From an uncultured Phycisphaerales bacterium (GTDB lineage: Bacteria; Planctomycetota; Phycisphaerae; Sedimentisphaerales; Anaerobacaceae), in assembly GCA_963769245.1 (NCBI GenBank), contig CAVYKU010000002.1, positions 165,823 through 229,822 of the forward strand: a stretch of DNA of 64,000 nt, in the 5' to 3' direction. Position numbers and translations under genes: made by a program. A model generated the notes under the pieces. That model was not told the origin of the DNA and did not search any database. It worked only from the letters and a program-made list of their open reading frames with translations. Positions 54,977 through 64,000 of this stretch are shown here, piece by piece (position 1 is the stretch's first letter; each line of letters begins with the position of its first letter).

Positions 54977-55945
54977 ATGGCCAACAAAGCGATATTCCTG
55001 GACCGTGACAATACGATAATAGAGGACCCGGGGTACATAAATAACCCGGACCAGGTTAAGCTGCTCGAGGGTGCCCCAGAGGTGTTGTCTTCGCTCAAGG
55101 CACTTGGGTATAAGCTTGTAGTTGTGTCGAACCAGTCCGGTGTGGCCAGAGGAATTGTAACCGAAGAGACGCTCGGTCAGATTCACAAGCGGCTCGAACA
55201 GCTTCTTGCGGAAAATGGCGTGTCGCTGGACCGGATATACTATTGTCCTTATCATATAGACGGGGTGATTCCGAAATACCGCAAAGACAGCGACTGGCGC
55301 AAGCCCAACCCGGGGATGCTTCTTGCGGCGAGCAGGGATATGGATATCGACCTCAAAGAATCCTGGATGGTCGGCGATACTCCCGGTGACATAGAAGCGG
55401 GAGCGAGGGTCGGCTGCAGGACGATAATGCTTGCGGGACGCACGCACGAGCAAAAGCTCCAGCCGGGAGCGCCGGCTCCTGATTATAAGGCCGTAAATCT
55501 CAAAGAAGTCGTGAACATTATCAAGATGAAAGCGCGGTCGGCGCAGAAACCTGCCAATGTGTTGCCTGCTGAGCAGCCGGCACAGGTGATTGAGGAAAAG
55601 CCGCAGGAACATGCGTCTCAACAGCAAGCCGCGTCGCCGCAACAAGCTGAACCGGAGCAGCCTGCACCGCCCCAGCCGGCTGAACAGCCGACAACGGAAC
55701 GCCTCCTGAGCAATATCCTTGACCAGATTAAAATGATGCAGCGACATAATATGTTCGGAGAATTTTCCGTAACCCGGCTTATCGCCGGTATCGCGCAGGG
55801 GCTGGTATTTTTGTGTTTGCTTGCGAGTATATGGTTTTTGATGAGTCCAACGAAACAGTTTAACCAGGTTCTTATCTCCATCGGGTTCGCTATACTTCTG
55901 CAGTTAATGTCGCTGACGTTTTACGTTATGCGCGGGCCGAGATAG
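54977..55945 (+). CDS. gmhB: D,D-heptose 1,7-bisphosphate phosphatase (HAD) fused to a Q/P/E-rich linker and a C-terminal two-TM segment
   Basis: HAD motifs FLDRDNTI, VVSNQSGVARG, RKPNPGM and GDTPGD occupy the first ~180 aa. They are followed by ...[24 protein letters not shown]... and the hydrophobic helices LIAGIAQGLVFLCLLASIWFLM and LISIGFAILLQLMSLTFYVM. Confidence 0.8.
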   Translation: MANKAIFLDRDNTIIEDPGYINNPDQVKLLEGAPEVLSSLKALGYKLVVVSNQSGVARGIVTEETLGQIHKRLEQLLAENGVSLDRIYYCPYHIDGVIPKYRKDSDWRKPNPGMLLAASRDMDIDLKESWMVGDTPGDIEAGARVGCRTIMLAGRTHEQKLQPGAPAPDYKAVNLKEVVNIIKMKARSAQKPANVLPAEQPAQVIEEKPQEHASQQQAASPQQAEPEQPAPPQPAEQPTTERLLSNILDQIKMMQRHNMFGEFSVTRLIAGIAQGLVFLCLLASIWFLMSPTKQFNQVLISIGFAILLQLMSLTFYVMRGPR

Positions 55946-55981
55946 TGGGATTGCCCAGGAATCACCTCTGTTTACTTAAAA

Positions 55982-57040
55982 ATGGCTGATACCAAGGACA
56001 ATATTCTGGTCTGGCTTCCTTCTCCGATGGGGGACGCGATTTTATGCACGCCGGCTCTGCGGGCGATTCGCGGGCGGTTCAATTCATCAAGGATAGCGTT
56101 TTTCGCAAGCAGTGTTGTGCGTCAGGTTTTTTCGCCCTGCGGTTTCGCGGACGCGTGGCTCGAACAAAGTAAGGACGGCGTGTTCGCCACTGCCCGGATG
56201 CTAAAGAAGCATAATTTTACGCACGCGATTATATTCAAAAATTCCTTTGGCTCCGCTTTGACTTGCCTGCTGGCGGGCATACCCGCTCGTATCGGCTACG
56301 CGAGGGACGGGCGGGGGATTCTCTTGACCGAAAAGTTGTATCCGCCCAGATTGCCGTCAGGGGAATTTGAGCCGATATCGATAGTTGATTATTATCTGGC
56401 TGTCGCGGCAAAGTTAGGCGCAAATGTCCGGGACAGGCGCATCGAGTTGTCGGTTGAGCCGAAAGATACGGAGAAATTGAAGGCGAAACTGCCGACGGTT
56501 TTTAATGCGAAGGGGCCTGTAGTGATTCTTGTCCCCGGCGCCGCGGCGGGACCAGGCAAACGCTGGCCTGCGGACAGGTTTGCCCAGATCGCCGACCGAT
56601 TGGCCGAAAAATATAACGCGACTGTTGTGTTGTCGGTTGCGCCCAATGCTGACGAAAAACATATTGCAGAGCATATTGTTGATGCCGCGAAACGCAAGCC
56701 GATAAACCTGGGCGATACGCCCGTCGGGCTTGGGGAGCTAAAGGCGCTCATCGCTGTTGCGGATTTGGTTATTTGTAATGACACGGGGCCGAGACATATT
56801 GCAATCGGGTTAAAGCGGAAAGTCATTACGCTGGTAGGCCCGAATGACCCGGCGTGGACGGACCCCGGCTACGCTGACGAGGTATTTATTAAAGGCGATG
56901 CCCCCTGTGCACCCTGCGATAAGCCGGTTTGCAGAGAAACGTCGCATTTTTGTATGGAAGCTATAACCGTCGAAATGGTCTGCAAAGCGGCGGCAAAAGT
57001 TCTGGATGCGGGCAGTTTCGGAAAGCGGGGCGGGATATGA
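55982..57040 (+). CDS. glycosyltransferase family 9 (LPS heptosyltransferase)
   Basis: LPSPMGDAILCTPALRAIR is an N-terminal GT9 pattern and NDTGPRHIA is also present. The gene sits in the heptose biosynthesis cluster. Confidence 0.85.
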   Translation: MADTKDNILVWLPSPMGDAILCTPALRAIRGRFNSSRIAFFASSVVRQVFSPCGFADAWLEQSKDGVFATARMLKKHNFTHAIIFKNSFGSALTCLLAGIPARIGYARDGRGILLTEKLYPPRLPSGEFEPISIVDYYLAVAAKLGANVRDRRIELSVEPKDTEKLKAKLPTVFNAKGPVVILVPGAAAGPGKRWPADRFAQIADRLAEKYNATVVLSVAPNADEKHIAEHIVDAAKRKPINLGDTPVGLGELKALIAVADLVICNDTGPRHIAIGLKRKVITLVGPNDPAWTDPGYADEVFIKGDAPCAPCDKPVCRETSHFCMEAITVEMVCKAAAKVLDAGSFGKRGGI

Positions 57041-57864
57041 CGGAGTTTTTTATCGACCCCGCATACAAAACCGGCTTTGAACGGCTTGGTCTTACGTCAA
57101 TCGAGGCGGTGTTCGCGTTTAGGGCGGGTAAAAATCTTACAAAGGAAAATCTCGCTTCACATCGAAGCAGGATTGAGTTTCGGATTGAGTCGCCTGCCGC
57201 TACGGTTTTTCTTAAACGATATGACTATCCGCCGGTAATGACGCAGTTAAAAAACTGGTTGTCTGCGAAAAAACGCGTTACTTGTGCCCTGGCGGAGGTC
57301 AAGGCGGCGCAAAAACTGGCGGCGATGGGAATAAATACGCCGAGAATGATTGCGTGGGGACAGGTTTGGGGCGGTTTTTTCGAGAAGCGCAGTTTTGCTG
57401 CTATCGAGGAAATACGGGAAGGACAGTCGCTTGAGCGAAGTTTGCCCGGGTTTTTTAATGGGCCTGCGACAAGTGAAACCATAGTTTTACGCCGGCAGTT
57501 TCTAAAACAATTGGCGTTATTTATAAAAAAGTTTCACGAAACCGGCTGCCGTCATCGCGATTTGTACTTGTGTCACATATTCAGGGTTCCGGATGGTCGA
57601 TTTTATCTGATAGATTTGGCAAGGGTGTTTAGGCCGGTGTTATTCAGTGAATTATACCGTGTTAAGGACGTTGCCCAGTTGCATTATTCGGCTCCCGCCA
57701 AATACTTTTCAAAAACCGACCGGCTGCGATTTATTCGGGTATATCTTGGTCGCGAAAAACTTAACGCTGGTGACAAGATATTTGTCAGGCGCATCGCCGG
57801 CAAGGCCAGGAGTATGGCAAGACACGACGCCAAGCACGGCAGGGCAGTTCCTTTCGAAACTTAA
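57037..57864 (+). CDS. lipopolysaccharide kinase (Kdo/WaaP/InaA) family protein
   Basis: Carries the RHRDLYLCHIF catalytic loop and IDLARV. The start ATG at 57037 overlaps the upstream stop (ATGA). Confidence 0.8.
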   Translation: MTEFFIDPAYKTGFERLGLTSIEAVFAFRAGKNLTKENLASHRSRIEFRIESPAATVFLKRYDYPPVMTQLKNWLSAKKRVTCALAEVKAAQKLAAMGINTPRMIAWGQVWGGFFEKRSFAAIEEIREGQSLERSLPGFFNGPATSETIVLRRQFLKQLALFIKKFHETGCRHRDLYLCHIFRVPDGRFYLIDLARVFRPVLFSELYRVKDVAQLHYSAPAKYFSKTDRLRFIRVYLGREKLNAGDKIFVRRIAGKARSMARHDAKHGRAVPFET

Positions 57865-57884
57865 GCGGGCTATAATACCGACGG

Positions 57885-59072
57885 ATGAAACCAAAGATAG
57901 CAATCATAATTGAGCGTGCGGATGTCGCGCTTGGCGGAGCTGAGCGTTCGGTCAGTGAATTGGCCGAAGCCATCGGTGCAATCGGCTATGAGACACATAT
58001 TATTGCCGCCAAAGGTCAGGCAACAGCCCCAAATGTGCATATTTTGTGTGCGGATATGCCCGGCAAAAGGACGGGCTATAAGGTTTTTGCGAATGCTCTG
58101 AAAAAACACATCGAACAGACCCATTATGATATTCTTCACAGCGTTCTGCCTTTTGACTTCTCTGATATTTATCAGCCGAGGAGCGGAACTTTTGCTGAAT
58201 CAATAATCCGCAAGGCCGCGACATACCGCTGTCCTGTTTTTCAGGCGTTGAAAAAAAAGACCGCATTTTTGAATTTTCGCAGGACCGCGTGGTTTGGTGC
58301 GGAACGTCGGCTCGCAGAAGGACAAACCGGGCCGCTGGTTGTCGCGATTTCCAATTACGTGGCGGAGCAGTTCAGGACTCACTATCATATTCCTGAAAAA
58401 CGAATGGTGGTCATACCAAACGGCATTAAGCTGGCAGAACAGACAGATAAGTCCCGTGTCGATTCATTGCGGGCCAAGTTGTTGGCTCAACTGGGTTCAA
58501 AAGAAACAAGCAATATGGTTTTGTTTCTTTTTGTCGGCCATGATTTTAAGCGTAAAGGTCTCGATTGTCTGGTGGAGGCGATTGGTCAGCTTCAAAAAAC
58601 TGATAATAATACGCCAGCGAGATTGGTTATTGCCGGTCGGGCAAGTTCGACGGCATATCGCCGGCTGGCCGCAAAACTGGGAATCGAAGAAAAAATCGTA
58701 TTTCTCGGAGACGTCGGCAACGTGCAGGAATTGATTGCGGCGACCGATGTGGCTGTTTTGCCCACTTTCGATGACCCCTGTTCGCGGTTCATTCTTGAGG
58801 CCCTTGCCGCGGGCAAACCGGTCATAACCACGAGATTCAACGGGGCAATCGACTTGTTTACGGATAATCGGCACGGCAGGGCAATCGATGACCCTCGCGA
58901 TGCTGCCGCGCTAAGTGAGGCAATCGGATACTTCACTAATCGTGATAATCTTAATCGGGCTGCTCATGCGATTATCAGTGACAATCTTCGCCGGGATGTT
59001 TCGGTCGCCAGGGTGGCGCAGCAGCTTAAAGCCGTTTACGATGAAATACTGGAAAAGAAAGGGCATAGATGA
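57885..59072 (+). CDS. glycosyltransferase family 4 (GT-B, group 1)
   Basis: Carries GGAERSV near the N-terminus and the C-terminal E(x7)E-type region PCSRFILEALAAGKPVITT. Confidence 0.85.
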   Translation: MKPKIAIIIERADVALGGAERSVSELAEAIGAIGYETHIIAAKGQATAPNVHILCADMPGKRTGYKVFANALKKHIEQTHYDILHSVLPFDFSDIYQPRSGTFAESIIRKAATYRCPVFQALKKKTAFLNFRRTAWFGAERRLAEGQTGPLVVAISNYVAEQFRTHYHIPEKRMVVIPNGIKLAEQTDKSRVDSLRAKLLAQLGSKETSNMVLFLFVGHDFKRKGLDCLVEAIGQLQKTDNNTPARLVIAGRASSTAYRRLAAKLGIEEKIVFLGDVGNVQELIAATDVAVLPTFDDPCSRFILEALAAGKPVITTRFNGAIDLFTDNRHGRAIDDPRDAAALSEAIGYFTNRDNLNRAAHAIISDNLRRDVSVARVAQQLKAVYDEILEKKGHR

Positions 59073-59722
59073 GATTGGCCGCATTTTTAATCGGGGCGTA
59101 TCTGCTCGGCTCGGTATCGTTCGGGATACTCATAGCCGCCGCTCACGGAATTGACCTGCGCAAGGTCGGCTCAGGAAATATAGGTTCGACAAATCTGTCC
59201 CGTGCTTTGGGCAGGCGATGGGCGTATGTTTGTTTTATCCTGGATTTGGCCAAGGGATTGTTGCCGACACTGGCTGCAGGATTGTGGCTTGGTGAGAAGG
59301 GGACAACTGGAGTATTGGTTGCCCAGCTTGCCGTTGGATGTGCGGCTATACTTGGGCACGTATTTCCCGTTTATCTTGGTTTCAAAGGCGGCAAAGGCGT
59401 TGCGACAAGTTTCGGTGTGGCGATTGGTTTGTGGCCTTATTATACGATTTGCGCGGCGATTACGCTGGTGGTCTGGGTTGTCTTTGCGCTGATTTGGCGG
59501 TATGTGTCACTTGCTTCGCTTGCCGCGGCGCTTGCCTTTCCTGTTGTTTTTGTGGCTGCCATAGCGATAATTCCCGGCTGGCGATTTGCGGATTTGTGGC
59601 CCTTGCTGATAGTCGGGATGGTTATCCCTGTTATGGTTTTTATCCTTCACAGGGACAATATCGTCCGGCTGCTTGCCGGCACCGAGAGCAAAATTCTTCA
59701 GAAAAACTCAGGGCAGAAGTAA
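59069..59722 (+). CDS. plsY: glycerol-3-phosphate acyltransferase PlsY
   Basis: The pattern GSGNIGSTNLSRALG and HVFPVYLGFKGGKGVAT fits PlsY. Confidence 0.9.
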   Translation: MRLAAFLIGAYLLGSVSFGILIAAAHGIDLRKVGSGNIGSTNLSRALGRRWAYVCFILDLAKGLLPTLAAGLWLGEKGTTGVLVAQLAVGCAAILGHVFPVYLGFKGGKGVATSFGVAIGLWPYYTICAAITLVVWVVFALIWRYVSLASLAAALAFPVVFVAAIAIIPGWRFADLWPLLIVGMVIPVMVFILHRDNIVRLLAGTESKILQKNSGQK

Positions 59723-59755
59723 TTACATCGATGATTGGTTTTTATTGCGCAGAAA

Positions 59756-59792
59756 GCCGCTTTGCCTGTTTATTGGCAAGCGGCTAGTTTTT
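59756..59792 (+). terminator. intrinsic terminator after plsY
   Basis: GCCGCTTTGCC-tgtttatt-GGCAAGCGGC (one bulge) followed by TAGTTTTT. Confidence 0.6.
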
Positions 59793-59997
59793 AAGGAGTG
59801 CTGTCCTCGGCGAAGCAGGTACCGGTTTTTACTAACAACTGCTATTACTATCGGGCGAACAGCGGTAAAGGACGAATAGGCAATTCCTGAAAAGCCGCTT
59901 CGTAAAACCGTAGTGTTAAAATAGGGGTAAACATCAGACCAGTGTCAGAAATTGACACTTTTTACGCTGAGGCGAGGCGGCAGCATTACAAGCCAGC

Positions 59998-60651
59998 TTA
60001 TGTTTCCAGCGGCGTTATTCCCTCGCGGATGGCATACTTTGTGAGTTCCGCCACGCTGTTGATTTTGAGCTTTTCCATTATATTGCGCCGGTTCGACTCA
60101 ATGGTTTTGGTGCTGACATGGATTTGGAGAGCGATTTGTTTGGTGCTTTTGCCTTCGGCCAAAAGCTGAAGAACTTCCCGCTCACGGTTGCTAAGTGTTG
60201 GTCCGTTGGGCTGACCTTGCTTCGATAGACGCTGGACATAGTCGTCTATCACGACGCCGGTTATCCTGGGGCTTAGATAAATTTCGCCTCTAAGGACGGT
60301 TTTTATTGCCTCCATAAGCTCATCAAAAAGGCAATCCTTGAGTATGTAACCAGAAGCTCCCGCCTTGAGCATTTCGGCAACGAACCGCCTGCTGGAGTGT
60401 ATGGATAGCGCGATAATCTTCACGCCGCTGCTTTCCTCAGCTATTTTGCGCGTGGCGTCGATACCGTTGAGATTAGGCATACTGATATCCATAATCACAA
60501 GGTCCGGCGCAAGCTTGCGGACGGTATCCACCGCCTGTCGTCCGTCCTCGACACCTCCGACCACCTCGATATCCGGCTGTTTTTCCAGGAGCGAGGATAA
60601 CCCCTGGCGAATAATCGCGTGGTCATCAACCAATAAAACTTTAGTGGGCAT
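59998..60651 (-). CDS. NarL/LuxR family response regulator (REC plus HTH_LuxR)
   Basis: Carries VLLVDDHAIIRQGL, DLVIMDISMP, and LSNREREVLQLLAEGKSTKQIA. Confidence 0.9.
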   Translation of the reverse strand: MPTKVLLVDDHAIIRQGLSSLLEKQPDIEVVGGVEDGRQAVDTVRKLAPDLVIMDISMPNLNGIDATRKIAEESSGVKIIALSIHSSRRFVAEMLKAGASGYILKDCLFDELMEAIKTVLRGEIYLSPRITGVVIDDYVQRLSKQGQPNGPTLSNREREVLQLLAEGKSTKQIALQIHVSTKTIESNRRNIMEKLKINSVAELTKYAIREGITPLET

Positions 60652-60697
60652 GATTAGGCCTCCTTTTTATCCTTTTGGCTTTTCAGCGGCGCCGTCA

Positions 60698-63600
60698 TTA
60701 TGGCTTTGCAGCCGGCACTAGTTTTGATTCAATTTCAAAACGTCCGCCAGTATTTTCCATATTTTCACGGACACTGAACAGTCCGAATGTGACTTTTTTG
60801 CCCGTTGTAGTCCTGGCTTGTGCGGGGTCAAAGCCGACGCCGTTATCTTCAACGGCAACCTGTATTGAGTCATCGATTCTGCGAAGACCGACCATTATCT
60901 TGCCGGCCTTGGCGTGTTTAATACAATTGGTGAGCAGTTCGCGGATGTTTCTGAAAAGCATCACTTTTAAATCGTCATCGAGCGGTTTGGGCAGTCCATC
61001 ATCATGAAATTCAGTAGCTATACCATGTTTTCCCTGGACATTTTCATCCAGCCATTCCGCGACCGCGGCCTCAAAGCCCAGCTCATAAAGTATGGGGTTG
61101 CTTAGCTCGAAGGTTAATGTCCTTGTTTCCTGAATCACTTTCTTTATATAAGAGTTTATTTCCTCAATTGCGGGTGTCGATGTTTCGGATGGCGGCGAAT
61201 TTTGCAGGGTATCGAGTTTGATTTTTGCCATAGCGAGTGTCTGGCTTATCTCATCATGAATTTCACCTGCTATGCGTCTGCGTTCCTGTTCCGAAACAAG
61301 TGTTAATTGTGCCGCCAGTTGCTTGAGGTGTTTCTGATACTCAAGGAGAGTTTGTTCTGCCTGGCATCTCCTTGTTTGTTCGTCGATACTCCTGAGGCCT
61401 GTCGATATGTCGTTGGCAAGACCATCAAGCAGTTGGACTTCCTCCTGCCCGAAGGCGTCTGCTGTGTCAGCGTACACATTTAGAACGCCGACAACCTTGT
61501 TTTCGCTGAAAATAGGTATTGCAGTTGATGAGCGATATCCGCGTTTTACCGCTTCTGTGCGCCACGGTTCGAATCGCGGGTCGGTTGCGATAAACCGCAT
61601 AACGTTGGGTTTGGCTGTTTTTACCGCCATTCCGCTCGGCCCCATTCCGTATTCAGTGTCGTCAAAGGTTACTTTTATCGACTCAAGGTAACCTTCTTCA
61701 AAACCGGCCTGCGCCTGCGGGATAATCTTTTTGCTGTTCTCATCGCAGAACCCTATCCACGCCATTCTATAAGCGTTATCGATAATGGCCTCGCATATTT
61801 TTTTCAGAAGCAGGTCTTTATCCTGTATTAGTAATATGTGCTGACTTATGTCGGCAATCATTGTCAATATCTTGTTAAGTCGAAGTATGGTTTCCTCGGC
61901 TTTTTTACGTTCGGTGATGTCCCGGTGAATTCCTACAAGCCCTGTAATATTGCCGGCGCTGTCCAGCAGGGGGACTTTGGTAACAAGAAGGAAGTTTGGG
62001 TTGCCTGAATTATCTGTGCACGCTGCTTCCTTGTTAATAATCGGCTGGCCGGTTTGCATTATTTTCCGCTCTTCGTCAAAATAATTTTGTGCCACTTCCG
62101 GCTTAAAAAGGTCGAAATCCGTTTTGCCAATAACGTCATCCCTGCCTCTTGTCTCCCAGGATTCAGCCAGCGATTTATTGTAGCCAAGGATTCGGCCTTC
62201 TTTGTCTTTGATATAAACCCCATCCGGCATATGGTCAATAAGCGTCCGCAGGAGATTTCTTTCATTTTGCAGTTTTTCTTCAGCCTGCTTGCGCTCGGTT
62301 ATGTCGCGTATGATCGCGATTGAATAGGTTTCACCATTTAACTCATAGGTAGAAACGTTGATTTCCTCATCGAACTCAGTGCCATCTTTTTTCATACCCC
62401 GTGTCTCGTAAAAGGTGGGGGCCGATTCTCCGGCGGCTCTGCGATGTATATTTTGAATGATTTGTTGACGATAGCTCGGCGCAATGTGATCGATTACAGA
62501 AGTGCTGGCGATTTCCTCGTTGCTCCCGTAACCATACAATTTGAGGAATGCTGGATTGGAAAAAACCTGCACTCCTTTTTTTGAAACATTGATAGCATCC
62601 CTGGAGTTTTCGAACATTGCGCGAAACTTGATTTCGCTTTCGCGCAGAGATTCTTCTGTTTTTCGCTGGGCGAGTCCTATGGCGAGGTTGTCCGCCAGCC
62701 GTTCAAGCAGCGATATTTTCTTTGGATTGAACTGGTTTTTCTGCTTGCTGTTGAACTGCAGCAGCCCGAAAGTTTCCCTGCCTGTTCGCAACGGGACAAT
62801 CGCTACGGATTCATAGCCGGCCGTATTGCAGCGATTGCGTGTTTTTACCATACGGTCGGCATTGGTTGTGCTGGCAAGAAGAGCGGTTGTGCTGTTTGTC
62901 CAGAAGCTGCCGTGTTCGGTGAAAAACGGCTTTGAATGGTCGAATCGGCCGCTGATTATATTACCGCACATACATTCCAGATATACCCTGCCCCGGCTGT
63001 CTCTTATCGGCTCTCCAAGCTCGTTCAGCGAGCAAAGTTTGCTTTCTGCCCGAACGAATTCGTCAGAAAATCCGTTTGTTTCGAAATAAGGAAAGTCCTC
63101 GCCATCCCGAAGACGTATCCCGACGGCCTCGCAGCCGGACCAGTCCCTCAGAAGCCCTGTGACTAATTTCATCAGGTCATGTATCTGGTTTTTGGAATTG
63201 ATAAGGGAAAGCAGCTTTATTGTTATCTCCCGCTCCTCATGGGCGATTCTTTGCTCGGTTATGTCCATGCCGTAAAAATTTACATCGTTGCTTCCGGTAA
63301 TCGGCACTACCAGAAATTCGAAAACACGCTCATTGAGAGTGGTTTCATCTTTCAGCACCTGCCCCGATGAAAGAGCGTTTTTCGCCAGATGTTGCCATTC
63401 GGGAGGTGCAGGCAAACTAACGGCGGTTTCTTTTGCCTTCAAAAACGGTTCGCTTGCCTTGTTGGCATAAAGAATTGTCCCGTCCTGGTGGATACGAAGG
63501 ACTGGGTAAGGATTTTCCGAAGGAAACTTGGCTAAGTTGTTATAGTTTCTATCGGTGATTTCGACCTGCGGGTGAAGATATTCGACTTTTGTCTGTTTTC

Positions 63601-63811
63601 TATTGCCCTGGGGTGCCCGTTCTGTGCGCTCATTGTTTTTTTCCGGCCTGGGCATCGTATCTTCTCCGTCTATAACTTGCGCAAAGAAAAAATAATTAGT
63701 TTGGCCGGTATTTCTTAAAACAAACTTTCCCCTATGCCCACCCTCATTTATCGCACGCCAGATAGGCGTGCTGAGTTTGTACATGTTCCCTACCATACAT
63801 TCTCTCTGCAT
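60698..63811 (-). CDS. multi-PAS/GAF sensor histidine kinase (HisKA_3 plus HATPase_c, NarX-type)
   Basis: Several PAS and GAF segments are followed by the H-box RRRIAGEIHDEISQTL and then DNGVGF. It lies upstream of a NarL-type regulator. The true start may be ATG 63655 (MPRPEKNN...). Confidence 0.85.
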   Translation of the reverse strand: MQRECMVGNMYKLSTPIWRAINEGGHRGKFVLRNTGQTNYFFFAQVIDGEDTMPRPEKNNERTERAPQGNRKQTKVEYLHPQVEITDRNYNNLAKFPSENPYPVLRIHQDGTILYANKASEPFLKAKETAVSLPAPPEWQHLAKNALSSGQVLKDETTLNERVFEFLVVPITGSNDVNFYGMDITEQRIAHEEREITIKLLSLINSKNQIHDLMKLVTGLLRDWSGCEAVGIRLRDGEDFPYFETNGFSDEFVRAESKLCSLNELGEPIRDSRGRVYLECMCGNIISGRFDHSKPFFTEHGSFWTNSTTALLASTTNADRMVKTRNRCNTAGYESVAIVPLRTGRETFGLLQFNSKQKNQFNPKKISLLERLADNLAIGLAQRKTEESLRESEIKFRAMFENSRDAINVSKKGVQVFSNPAFLKLYGYGSNEEIASTSVIDHIAPSYRQQIIQNIHRRAAGESAPTFYETRGMKKDGTEFDEEINVSTYELNGETYSIAIIRDITERKQAEEKLQNERNLLRTLIDHMPDGVYIKDKEGRILGYNKSLAESWETRGRDDVIGKTDFDLFKPEVAQNYFDEERKIMQTGQPIINKEAACTDNSGNPNFLLVTKVPLLDSAGNITGLVGIHRDITERKKAEETILRLNKILTMIADISQHILLIQDKDLLLKKICEAIIDNAYRMAWIGFCDENSKKIIPQAQAGFEEGYLESIKVTFDDTEYGMGPSGMAVKTAKPNVMRFIATDPRFEPWRTEAVKRGYRSSTAIPIFSENKVVGVLNVYADTADAFGQEEVQLLDGLANDISTGLRSIDEQTRRCQAEQTLLEYQKHLKQLAAQLTLVSEQERRRIAGEIHDEISQTLAMAKIKLDTLQNSPPSETSTPAIEEINSYIKKVIQETRTLTFELSNPILYELGFEAAVAEWLDENVQGKHGIATEFHDDGLPKPLDDDLKVMLFRNIRELLTNCIKHAKAGKIMVGLRRIDDSIQVAVEDNGVGFDPAQARTTTGKKVTFGLFSVRENMENTGGRFEIESKLVPAAKP

Positions 63812-64000
63812 CTAACAGGATTTTAGCCCCGGGAAAGAGAATGTCCAGTAAAATCTCGATAAAATGCATAAGAAAACGACGCTTTTTGTTAATTACCTGT
63901 GCTGCAGTAGGAAATAAAATTCAGGCGAGCTTTTTATCAAGAATTTCCGCTGCCGCTACTGAAAGCCAACTTATCCTGCTTCCGCCGCGGTCTCATACAT

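Noticed and set aside
54158-55747. 529-aa ORF on the minus strand, the longest unexplained ORF in the track
   Set aside because: It is antisense to the well-supported gmhA and gmhB genes. It is extremely Arg-rich and low complexity, as expected for the reverse frame of GC-rich coding sequence.
59941-59965. Hairpin AGTGTCA-gaaat-TGACACT followed by TTTT, a plus-strand terminator-like element
   Set aside because: No plus-strand gene lies between the plsY terminator (59756-59792) and this site. On the minus strand, downstream of the response regulator, it lacks a T-run. The evidence is too weak to call.

Overview
About 64 kb of chromosome from a diderm bacterium. By spot counts most lines are roughly 50-55% GC. 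Gene content suggests a PVC-superphylum organism (Planctomycetota/Phycisphaerae-like or a relative), but that placement is low confidence. It rests on GTP-PEPCK plus PPDK, an LPS heptose/lipid A cluster, many PAS/FIST sensor kinases, pseudopilin-like C-termini and a PadR-linked membrane protein pair.

Most of the window is housekeeping:
- Central metabolism: pckG, ppdK, icd, thiC behind a TPP riboswitch, frame-disrupted hisG and pyrF.
- Translation and ribosome: hflX, rpsU, rimO, a split efp, nusA-infB-rbfA, tRNA-His, tRNA-Lys.
- Envelope: pgsA, plsY, murD, lptF/lptG, lpxK-hldE-gmhA-gmhB-GT9-kinase-GT4.

Accessory or unusual parts:
1. A sigma-54 module at 2.9-4.9 kb: an activator with no sensory domain, upstream inverted repeats, a -24/-12 promoter and a degenerate receiver. 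It is followed on the same strand by a tandem array of 92-104 nt structured units at 4.97-5.72 kb and a strong terminator. The units have a CU-rich tract plus two hairpins, and one stem shows a compensatory change between units. This is my best candidate for something undescribed, either a sibling sRNA array or an RNA sponge.
2. An AT-rich two-gene OLD-nuclease/UvrD-helicase (Gabija-like) defence island at 14.0-16.7 kb, next to an HNH-AP2 endonuclease.
3. An AT-rich GxxExxY (PD-(D/E)XK-like) cassette wedged between lptF and lptG, flanked by inverted copies of a GCCAC-headed periodic motif.
4. Degenerate 7-10 nt micro-repeats in many intergenic spacers.
5. Four housekeeping genes (lptF, efp, hisG, pyrF) each broken by a single-nucleotide-scale frameshift at a short homopolymer. 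This most likely reflects assembly indels.

No transposase, integrase, CRISPR array or rRNA was seen.
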